Assembly (NCBI GenBank): GCA_027076905.1
Contig: JALTGP010000208.1
Span: 1-63,345, forward strand
Length of the DNA stretch: 63,345 nucleotides
Direction: 5' to 3'
Source of the DNA: Campylobacteraceae bacterium
Lineage (GTDB): Bacteria; Campylobacterota; Campylobacteria; Campylobacterales; Sulfurovaceae
Both the position numbers and the translations under genes were made by a program. The notes below the pieces were generated by a model. That model made no database searches and had not been told where the DNA came from. It saw only the letters and a list, made by a program, of their open reading frames with translations. Positions within the stretch are counted from its first letter, which is position 1; every line of letters starts with the position of its first letter. This document shows positions 20,357-28,280 of the stretch, piece by piece.

Positions 20357-21307
20357 TTAACTTAACGGTATCATCTGTGGAATTTCAAGCCACGTACTTT
20401 TTGCAAGATAGAGACCAATAAGTGTGGTCAATGCTGCAAATTTCATTAAAACTCTGCTCTCTTCTTTCATTGAACCCATTGCAATAAAGAAAGGGATAAT
20501 GTATCCTAAAACCATAGCCGACCAGAACTGTAATTGGTATGAACCACCCTCATGAATATAAGTAAGAGTCGCTTCAACTTCTGCTGCTTTAAATGAGAAG
20601 AAATACTCCCCCATGTACATTATAAATGAGAAGAAAACTGAAAGAGCTAAGACCATTGCCAAATCTCTTTTAGCTTCTGCTGACCACTTCCCTGCAATAA
20701 GAATAAGAGATGCAGAACCAACCATAAAGGCTGCCATTAACATCTGAATTAGTTCAGCAGGTGCTGCCCACAACTCTCTGGCACTTGATTGTGCCATAAT
20801 AATTGCTGTATACATAGTAACAGGAAGTGCTAAAAATACAACAAATGGGAAAATAGTTTCATAAAAACCACTCATTTTTCTAATTGCTTTAGCTATACCA
20901 CTATGTCTTGCCACATCAGGATAAGCATCAAGAAAACCAATTGCTGTCATGAGTGTAATTAACCCTGTAAAGAGTGATGCCATCCATGCACCAACGGTAA
21001 TTGCTGATGTCCAGTGAGGGTGTGTAAAGATGTGAATCATTCTCAAAGGTTGATGTAAATCGACCAATGTAAAAAGTAAAAATACATTTAGAGCAATAAA
21101 AGAGATAAGAGGCATCATCCATCTAAGGTTAGGCATCTCCTCTTTTTTGTGTCTATAGAGTAAAAAAGCACCTACAAGTATAACACCTGTACCTATACTT
21201 TTTGCCCACATATTAAGTGTAATCATCCATCCCCAAATAATCCCTGGGAGTGGAACATCTAGCGTTACAACGGCTTTGGTTGCTTCTATAACTGTACCGT
21301 GATCCAT
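20357..21307 (-). CDS. psrC: NrfD/PsrC-family membrane anchor
   Basis: About 8 TM helices, DLHQPLR...S..TVGAW motif; between the Fe-S and catalytic subunits. Confidence 0.85.
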   Translation of the reverse strand: MDHGTVIEATKAVVTLDVPLPGIIWGWMITLNMWAKSIGTGVILVGAFLLYRHKKEEMPNLRWMMPLISFIALNVFLLFTLVDLHQPLRMIHIFTHPHWTSAITVGAWMASLFTGLITLMTAIGFLDAYPDVARHSGIAKAIRKMSGFYETIFPFVVFLALPVTMYTAIIMAQSSARELWAAPAELIQMLMAAFMVGSASLILIAGKWSAEAKRDLAMVLALSVFFSFIMYMGEYFFSFKAAEVEATLTYIHEGGSYQLQFWSAMVLGYIIPFFIAMGSMKEESRVLMKFAALTTLIGLYLAKSTWLEIPQMIPLS

Positions 21308-22068
21308 TAGTGGTGTCCTCCTTCTTTATGTGATTCATGAGAATCATCATTGTCCATATCTACAAAACTTTTGTTGTCTAAATGTTCATGACCGAAAATT
21401 GGTCCTGTAAATCTCTCTAAAATAGAGTGATGAGGGTCTCCTAAGGTTTTTAAATGCGTAATGTTATTAAACAATCCATAACCTTCAATTCTCTCATGAG
21501 CTAAAGGATTAAGTGTATTGTTACCTCCACCAACATAGAAATGTTTAGGATTGGTATGTTTTTCAGGTTTTCTTACCTGAACATCACCTTGATGCTCCAT
21601 AATATATCGAGATATATGAGAAGTCTCATCTTCAACATCACCAAAGATATTTGCCTCAACAGGACATGCAACCACACATGCTGGCATCAAACCACCTTCA
21701 ATTCTATGTGCACAGTAGGTACATTTATCAGCCGTATTGGTTTCAGGATCCATATAGATTGCTCCATAAGGACACGCCATCATACACCCAGCACAACCGA
21801 TACATCGCTCGTTATCAATATTGACAATACCATTATCTAAATAGTGTAGTGCCGATACAGGACAGATACGCTCACATGGAGCATTTTCACAGTGATTACA
21901 TCGCAGTGGTGTAAAATTCCTTGATGTATCTGGGAATGTCCCCACATCTATATATTTAACACGTAAACGCCACGAACTAAGTGGCACTTCATTTTCAACT
22001 TTACAGGCAATCTCACACCCTTTGCAACCCATGCAAAGATTTAAATCGACTAAAAAACCTAACTTCAT
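21307..22068 (-). CDS. psrB: 4Fe-4S electron-transfer subunit (NrfC/PsrB family)
   Basis: CMGCKGCEIAC, CNHCENAPCERICP, CIGCAGCMMACP and KCTYC motifs. Confidence 0.88.
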   Translation of the reverse strand: MKLGFLVDLNLCMGCKGCEIACKVENEVPLSSWRLRVKYIDVGTFPDTSRNFTPLRCNHCENAPCERICPVSALHYLDNGIVNIDNERCIGCAGCMMACPYGAIYMDPETNTADKCTYCAHRIEGGLMPACVVACPVEANIFGDVEDETSHISRYIMEHQGDVQVRKPEKHTNPKHFYVGGGNNTLNPLAHERIEGYGLFNNITHLKTLGDPHHSILERFTGPIFGHEHLDNKSFVDMDNDDSHESHKEGGHH

Positions 22069-22086
22069 GCTTCCTCCTATTTATTT

Positions 22087-22104
22087 TGATAATAATTATT
22101 ATCA
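22087..22104. promoter_or_regulatory. Perfect 18-bp palindrome TGATAATAATTATTATCA (Fur-box-like) upstream of psrB
   Basis: Palindrome about 19 bp upstream of the psrB start; related TGATAATTATCA at 22239-22250. Confidence 0.55.
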
Positions 22105-22283
22105 CGAATGATAACTTTTTCTAATAGAGAAGATAGTAGCATTATCTATTGATTAATTTGATTAAAAATCATTGTATTAAATAAATAAATAATAAAACTA
22201 TCACCATTTTTCTCACTTTATAATTACTCAAATCATATTGATAATTATCATAGATACTTTTATTCAGAAATATTGATTAAAGT

Positions 22284-23306
22284 TCACGAAAGATTAAATG
22301 AGAATATTGACCCTTGATGTTCTTGACTCTTGATTTGAAGTGTTATATTATGTAGCTTTAATATCTGTTTGACAATTGCCAATCCCAAGCCCATAGAGTT
22401 ATCCCAACTATGCTCTTCGGTACGAAAAAACTTTTTGGTTACCTTCTCGATATTCTCTTGAGATATTCCAACTCCTCTATCAATGATACTTACTTTACCA
22501 CCCTCTAATCTGACTTCAACTGCTTCATCTGAGTATTTTAGTGCATTTTCTATAAGATTTTTAAGAACTATCTCAATTAGTGCTTTATCTGCTTTGATAA
22601 TCAACACCTCATCAGAGACAACTATCTTACGATTTTTATACTTCTCCTCTAAGTTCATTGCCACATCTTTAAGAAGCAATCCAATATCAAATTTGCTAAG
22701 TTGAAGCTTCTGCTCTCCACTCTCAAAACGATTCCAGAGGAGCAGACGACTGAGTAATTCCTCTATCTTTTCGCCATTATTATAAATTTTATTAAGAAAT
22801 TTTTTTCGTAAGGTAGGGGGGATTTCATCGTCATCATTGAGCGTCTGTGCGTATCCCATAATCGCAGCAATTGGGTTACGAAACTCATGGGCAATAGCAG
22901 ATAACATATCTGAGCGTTGTCTATTTTTTAACTTTATTTTTGCTGTATATTTACGCTTTTTACTGTCACGCTTTTTTATCTTTCGTAAAAGATGTACCAG
23001 TCGCATATTGATATTTTCAAACTCCTTGGTGAAGTAGCTTGTCTTTTCATTAGTCTCATCAATACTATCTATTCCAGACAGATACTTCTCTAAGAGCTTA
23101 AGCTCTTTTTTTATCTCCAACACCATGCTGTAGACAAAATAAAAAGTAATTATCAGTGATAAAATAAAAAAGCTTACATGAAAATAGTGATTTTGGTACT
23201 CTTGTGGGATAAGTATTAAACCTAAACTGTACAAGAGTACCTCAAAAATGACAATTGTTATCAATTTTGCCCTAATATAGGCACTTAGTGAGGGTTTTTT
23301 ATACAA
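22284..23306 (-). CDS. Membrane sensor histidine kinase
   Basis: H-box AHEFRNP, N-box NLIENALKYS, G-boxes DRGVGI and GLGLAIV; two TM helices. Confidence 0.92.
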   Translation of the reverse strand: MYKKPSLSAYIRAKLITIVIFEVLLYSLGLILIPQEYQNHYFHVSFFILSLIITFYFVYSMVLEIKKELKLLEKYLSGIDSIDETNEKTSYFTKEFENINMRLVHLLRKIKKRDSKKRKYTAKIKLKNRQRSDMLSAIAHEFRNPIAAIMGYAQTLNDDDEIPPTLRKKFLNKIYNNGEKIEELLSRLLLWNRFESGEQKLQLSKFDIGLLLKDVAMNLEEKYKNRKIVVSDEVLIIKADKALIEIVLKNLIENALKYSDEAVEVRLEGGKVSIIDRGVGISQENIEKVTKKFFRTEEHSWDNSMGLGLAIVKQILKLHNITLQIKSQEHQGSIFSFNLS

Positions 23307-23318
23307 TTTTTATTTACC

Positions 23319-23552
23319 TTACACTACACTCTCTTTTAAGCTCTGTTCATACCTTTTAATCTCTGCTTTCATTACTTTGATTTGCCTAGCATAACCATCA
23401 AGCTCTTCTTGAATTTCACCCTCTTCCCAATCATCACTAACCCACTCAAGCTCATCTTTTCGTGTACGATATTTAGCTAATAGTTGATTAATCTTTTCTT
23501 TTGTACTCTCTACATTAAATGCTACTTTATTCTCTTGTTCGTTGGGTTTCAT
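23319..23552 (-). CDS. Small hypothetical helical protein
   Basis: AAGGAG RBS; closely spaced between dapE and the kinase. Confidence 0.7.
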   Translation of the reverse strand: MKPNEQENKVAFNVESTKEKINQLLAKYRTRKDELEWVSDDWEEGEIQEELDGYARQIKVMKAEIKRYEQSLKESVV

Positions 23553-23567
23553 TGTCCACTCCTTGTA

Positions 23568-24686
23568 TTAGTTTTTTTGGAATCTTTTCACTATCTTAAC
23601 AAAAATATTATAAAGAGTCTCCACTTCTTTTATGGTTGTTCTCTCGTTTAATCCATGTATCCTATCATTAATGACACCAAACTCTACAATTTCTATTCCA
23701 TAGGGGGCGATATGTCGTCCATCACTCGTTCCACCAGCTGTCGAAAGCTTTGTCTTGACCCTTGTTACTTCTTGTATCACACTTCTTAACTCATTGACAA
23801 TATAGGAATCTCGATTGGTTACAAATGGATAAGAACCCTGCTCTAATCTTAATTCATATTCCAATCCTTCAAACTTCTCATCTATAAACTCTTGAAGTGT
23901 TTCTTGTGTAGTATTGGTTGAATTTCGTACATTAAACATCATCTTTAGACTGTTTGGAGTCACATTGGTCACCTCCATTCCCGAACGAATATCAGTAATT
24001 ACCAATTTACTAGGAGCAAAGTTATCATCTCCATTATCAAGATTATGCTCTGATATTTGTGATAATATCGAAGCTATATTATGAATAGGATTTATCGCTT
24101 TTTCAGGATACGCAGCGTGTCCCTGTTTTCCTTTTAGGGTTAAAAAGCCATTGATAGAGCCTCTACGTCCTATCTTAATTGCATCCCCAAACATCTTCTC
24201 ACAAGTAGGCTCTGCCAAAATACAGTAATCAGGAAGTAGGTTTATCTCTTTAAGATATTTTAAAACTATCTGAGTACCATAAGTACCATCTCCCTCCTCA
24301 TCCGAGGTCAATAGCAGAGATAATCTCCCTGAAAAATCATTATCCATATCTCTTACTGCCTGAACAAAAGCAGCCACACCCGATTTCATATCCTGAGTAC
24401 CACGAGCATAGATATACCCATCTTTTATCATCGGAACAAAAGGGTTAGTATCCCACCCATCACCCGCAGGAACCACATCAAGATGACCTGCAAAACAGAG
24501 GTGCTTTCCTTTACTAAATTTTTTTGTTAAAAATAAATTTTTAACCCCACCATCATTAATCCATATCGCTTCAAAATCTACTAAGTAGTTTTCTATATAC
24601 GTAAGCATACCTCCATCATCAGGTGTAATTGACTCAGCAGAGAGTATTTTTAAGAAGAAATCTATAACATCTAATCTTTTTTCCAT
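23568..24686 (-). CDS. dapE: Succinyl-diaminopimelate desuccinylase
   Basis: FAGHLDVVP, RGTQDMKSG, TSDEE, GRRGS, QGHAAYP and GGTSDGR motifs. Confidence 0.95.
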   Translation of the reverse strand: MEKRLDVIDFFLKILSAESITPDDGGMLTYIENYLVDFEAIWINDGGVKNLFLTKKFSKGKHLCFAGHLDVVPAGDGWDTNPFVPMIKDGYIYARGTQDMKSGVAAFVQAVRDMDNDFSGRLSLLLTSDEEGDGTYGTQIVLKYLKEINLLPDYCILAEPTCEKMFGDAIKIGRRGSINGFLTLKGKQGHAAYPEKAINPIHNIASILSQISEHNLDNGDDNFAPSKLVITDIRSGMEVTNVTPNSLKMMFNVRNSTNTTQETLQEFIDEKFEGLEYELRLEQGSYPFVTNRDSYIVNELRSVIQEVTRVKTKLSTAGGTSDGRHIAPYGIEIVEFGVINDRIHGLNERTTIKEVETLYNIFVKIVKRFQKN

Positions 24687-24862
24687 AATATATAACCTTG
24701 TTTATAATTCTTGTTTTTTATAATCATGAAAGAGTAGCAAAGATATACTTTCTAAAAACTATAAGCATGAGAAAAAAAGACAAATTTGGAAAAGTAAATG
24801 AAGAGAATTTTAAAATAGTAGTTGGTACAAAAAGAGTCATGAACTTTTTGCAAAAAATCTAA

Positions 24863-25022
24863 GGAATACAAATTAAATAACTACCAAATTTCAAAGGCAA
24901 CTAAACAAATATCTTTAACTCTAGTTTTCCTTGAATTACGGGGAGTAGTCCTGCGTCAAACTATAGCTAAATCTATTCGTTTATTTACCTATGAAAATCG
25001 TCACTTATTTAATTTGCATTCC
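24863..25022 (+). mobile_element. 160-bp MITE, copy 2
   Basis: Same TIRs and TAA flanks as 15755-15914; about 6 substitutions by eye. Confidence 0.85.
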
Positions 25023-25034
25023 TAATATTTGAAA

Positions 25035-25379
25035 TTATCTTTCTGTCTCTCCCGCATAGCTCATAATCCCACCTACATGGTTGATACTGCGAGTATGTCC
25101 ATTCTGTTGGTAAAGTCGTGCTACTTGTCCACTTCTTGCCCCTGTTCTACATGTGAAAATAACTGTTTTATCTTTGATTTCATTAAAAAAAGTTTCACCC
25201 CAAGATTGAAAAACAGAGGTTGGTTTTAACAGGTCTATACCTTTAATATGACCTGCATCATACTCCATCTGCTCTCGAACATCAACTAAGAGAAAATCTA
25301 TTTTTCCCTCTTCTCTATCTTTTAATAAACGTACCAACTCTTCAGAATGGATATTACTTTTTTCTAATAGTTCACTCAT
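25035..25379 (-). CDS. Single-domain rhodanese / sulfurtransferase
   Basis: LVDVRE..EY..GHI and CRTGARS active-site loop. Confidence 0.9.
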   Translation of the reverse strand: MSELLEKSNIHSEELVRLLKDREEGKIDFLLVDVREQMEYDAGHIKGIDLLKPTSVFQSWGETFFNEIKDKTVIFTCRTGARSGQVARLYQQNGHTRSINHVGGIMSYAGETER

Positions 25380-25507
25380 ATTTAATAAATTCCTTTTGTA
25401 ATAAATTATATTTAATTATACATAGAATTTATTATAATAGAATTTATCCTCTTTTTTAAACTATTTATATATAATTACAGATTAAAATTGGGTAACAAAG
25501 GAACATA

Positions 25508-25798
25508 ATGATTATAGATAACACCGTACTAGAAAAACTGGAAAAACTCTCTATGTTAAAGATTGAAAATGAGAAGAAAGAGGAACTCGCCTCTCAACTA
25601 ACAGAGATACTCTCTTATGTGGAGAATCTAACGGAGCTTGATACCAATGGTCTTGATACTTCATTTTCTACACTATCAGGAGGTACACCTTTACGTGAGG
25701 ACGAAGCAACTTTAACACCTGAAATTTCAAAAGATATATTTGTTCATACACCTAATGTAGAGAATGATTTTTTTATCGTTCCTAAAATTATCACATAA
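25508..25798 (+). CDS. gatC: Asp/Glu-tRNA amidotransferase subunit C
   Basis: LEKLSML, ILSYVENL.ELDT, LRED and FFIVPKI motifs. Confidence 0.93.
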   Translation: MIIDNTVLEKLEKLSMLKIENEKKEELASQLTEILSYVENLTELDTNGLDTSFSTLSGGTPLREDEATLTPEISKDIFVHTPNVENDFFIVPKIIT

Positions 25799-25870
25799 AA
25801 CTTAAACAAAAATAAAGAATTTTTACTATAGTATATTATTAAAATTTTATAAATTATAAGAGAGAACAAT

Positions 25871-26935
25871 ATGGCTATAGATATCAAGAAACTTCTACAA
25901 AGCGTTGTGGCACATGGCTCTTCAGACTTGCACCTTGTAAGTCGTTCTGAACCTCAAATTAGAATTGATGGGGCATTAAAAGCAGTTAACCTTCCTATTT
26001 TAACAGGGGAAGATATAGAAGAGATGACCTATGCACTCCTGACCGAAAAACAGAAAAAACAGTTTGAAGAGGAGTTGGAACTCGATTTTGCACTCATGCT
26101 TCCAGGAATTGGTCGGTTTCGAGCGAACTACTACCGTACTCTGGGGGATATTGCCGCCGCATTTAGGATTATCCCAACAGCCATTCCTTCTCTGGATGAG
26201 CTTGATGCTCCTGCCATCTATAAAAAAATGGTACAGAGAGAAAAAGGTCTTGTCTTGGTCACTGGTCCTACGGGTTCGGGAAAATCGACCACCTTGGCTG
26301 CCATGTTAAATGAGATTAATCTTACAGAAAATAAACATATTGTCACCGTGGAAGACCCTGTGGAGTTTATTCATGAGAACAAAAGCTGTGTCTTCTCCCA
26401 CCGTGAGACAGGACGCGATACTAAAAGTTTTGCCAAAGCCCTAAAGTATGCGATGAGACAAGACCCCGATATCATACTAATTGGAGAGATGCGAGACAAA
26501 GAGACCATTGAAGCTGCTCTCACTGCTGCGGAGACTGGTCACTTGGTCTTTGGAACGCTCCACACCAACTCTGCCCCAGGTACTATTAACCGTATTATTG
26601 ATGTCTTTGCAGGAGATGAGCAAGGACAGATACGCTCTATGATTTCCACCTCCCTAGTCGCCGTTATTGCACAGGTACTTCTTCCCAAAGTAGGAGGAGG
26701 ACGGGTGGCAGTACCTGAAATAATGATAACCAACCATGCTATTTCAAACCTAATTCGTGAAGATAAAGTACACCAACTATACTCTCAAATGCAATTGGGA
26801 CAAGGAGATACAGGAATGCAGACCCAAGCACAAGTAATGCTTCGACTCGCAAAAGCAGGTACTATTACCAAAGAACATGCCATTCAGTACTCAAATAAAC
26901 CAGATGAACTAAAAAAACAGTTGGGTGTACGATAA
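25871..26935 (+). CDS. pilT: Type IV pilus retraction ATPase PilT
   Basis: SDLHL, GPTGSGKSTT, EDPVE, RQDPDIILIGEMRD, GHLVFGTLHT and ISNLIRE motifs. Confidence 0.95.
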   Translation: MAIDIKKLLQSVVAHGSSDLHLVSRSEPQIRIDGALKAVNLPILTGEDIEEMTYALLTEKQKKQFEEELELDFALMLPGIGRFRANYYRTLGDIAAAFRIIPTAIPSLDELDAPAIYKKMVQREKGLVLVTGPTGSGKSTTLAAMLNEINLTENKHIVTVEDPVEFIHENKSCVFSHRETGRDTKSFAKALKYAMRQDPDIILIGEMRDKETIEAALTAAETGHLVFGTLHTNSAPGTINRIIDVFAGDEQGQIRSMISTSLVAVIAQVLLPKVGGGRVAVPEIMITNHAISNLIREDKVHQLYSQMQLGQGDTGMQTQAQVMLRLAKAGTITKEHAIQYSNKPDELKKQLGVR

Positions 26936-27052
26936 TGTCGAAATAGAAACAGAAGAGTAACCAAACACAAAAAAACAGATACTTTAAAGTTTTGTCTCTA
27001 TTTTTTTTAGATATAATATTTTAAATTTTTTGTATTGGAGTGGATATTTACA

Positions 27053-27673
27053 ATGATAGATTTTAATACCGTAGATATGATAATAGCAGGGTTGATTCTT
27101 TTTCTGAGTCTTAAGGGACTTGTTAATGGATTTACCAAGGAACTCTTTAATTTTATCGGACTAATTGTGGGAATAGCAGTTGCTGCACGAATGAACATCA
27201 CAGTTGGTCAGTTTATTAGTGAAAATATCTTTCCTATTGAAAATGACCCTGCCTTAAAAATGGTAGGTTTTGTAACTGTATTGATTGCAATTTGGGTTAT
27301 CTCAACACTTTTTTCCTCAATTATAGAGTCTGTTTCGTCTGATGAAGTAGGATTTTTTAGCAGAATTTTAGGGTATATCTTGACCATAGTACGTTATGTG
27401 GCTATATTTTCGATAATACTGGTTAGTGTTAAAGATGTTGAGTTAATCTCTAAAAAACTGGATACATACTCCCAAGAGAGTAAGATTATCACCTCACTAA
27501 ATGAGATTGGGAATAAACTGCTTAATAGGGAAGAGGAGCAACAAAGTGAAGAGAATAACGAGACAAAAAATGAGATTTACACAGAAAAAATTAATCTTAA
27601 AAATTATGATATAGAGAGAAATCAAACTAATGAGAATAATCAAACTGATGAGAATAATCAAACAATGGAATAA
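27053..27673 (+). CDS. cvpA: CvpA (colicin V production) family membrane protein with repetitive C-terminal tail
   Basis: D.II..LI..L..KGLVNGFTKELF motif; precedes fur-lysS; ATG at 27053 after GGAG. Confidence 0.85.
   Translation: MIDFNTVDMIIAGLILFLSLKGLVNGFTKELFNFIGLIVGIAVAARMNITVGQFISENIFPIENDPALKMVGFVTVLIAIWVISTLFSSIIESVSSDEVGFFSRILGYILTIVRYVAIFSIILVSVKDVELISKKLDTYSQESKIITSLNEIGNKLLNREEEQQSEENNETKNEIYTEKINLKNYDIERNQTNENNQTDENNQTME
27620..27664 (+). repeat. Tandem 18-bp repeat (about 2.5 units) encoding NQT(N/D)EN
   Basis: aatcaaactaatgagaat aatcaaactgatgagaat aatcaaaca. Confidence 0.8.
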
Positions 27674-27684
27674 AGGATAGTCCA

Positions 27685-28143
27685 ATGCCACAAAACATAG
27701 TATCTTATGCGGATGTACTTAATGATTTTAAAAAACTACTAAAAGTAAACAAGCTTAAGTATACAAAACAGCGAGAGCTAATTTTAGAAATTATCTATAA
27801 TAATGATGGGCATTTTACCCCTGAAGATATCTACAATCTTATAAAAAAAAGTTATCCAGAGGTAAAACTTGGTATTGCTACTGTCTATCGAACGCTTACA
27901 CTTTTGGAAGAGTCCAATATCGTAAGTTCTATCTCGTTTGGTGCACAAGGGAAAAAATATGAGTTTGGACTGGGAGAACACCATGACCATTTGGTCTGTC
28001 TTAAGTGTGGAGGGATAGAGGAGTTTTTTGATGAAATAATCGAACAACGCCAAGAGGATATTGCGAAAGAGCATAACTTTAGAATGAGCAATCATATCAT
28101 GAAGATTACGGGTATTTGTTCTGTGTGTCAAGCAAAAGAGTAG
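27685..28143 (+). CDS. fur: Ferric uptake regulator
   Basis: TKQR, H..PEDIY, ATVYRTL, HHDHLVC..C and C..C motifs. Confidence 0.93.
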   Translation: MPQNIVSYADVLNDFKKLLKVNKLKYTKQRELILEIIYNNDGHFTPEDIYNLIKKSYPEVKLGIATVYRTLTLLEESNIVSSISFGAQGKKYEFGLGEHHDHLVCLKCGGIEEFFDEIIEQRQEDIAKEHNFRMSNHIMKITGICSVCQAKE

Positions 28144-28280
28144 GTAACCCCCCACAAAAAATATTTAATCCAAAAAAATTACGACATTAAAGTACTATTA
28201 GAGCATTATTAAAATATTTTTTAGAAAATTTTAATACTCTTTACAAAAAATTATAAAAAGAACAGAAACTAGGAGAAACC

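Noticed and set aside
25871-26935. Lone pilT as a sign of a mobile secretion system
   Set aside because: It is embedded among core genes (gatC, cvpA, fur, lysS) with no other pilus or conjugation genes nearby.
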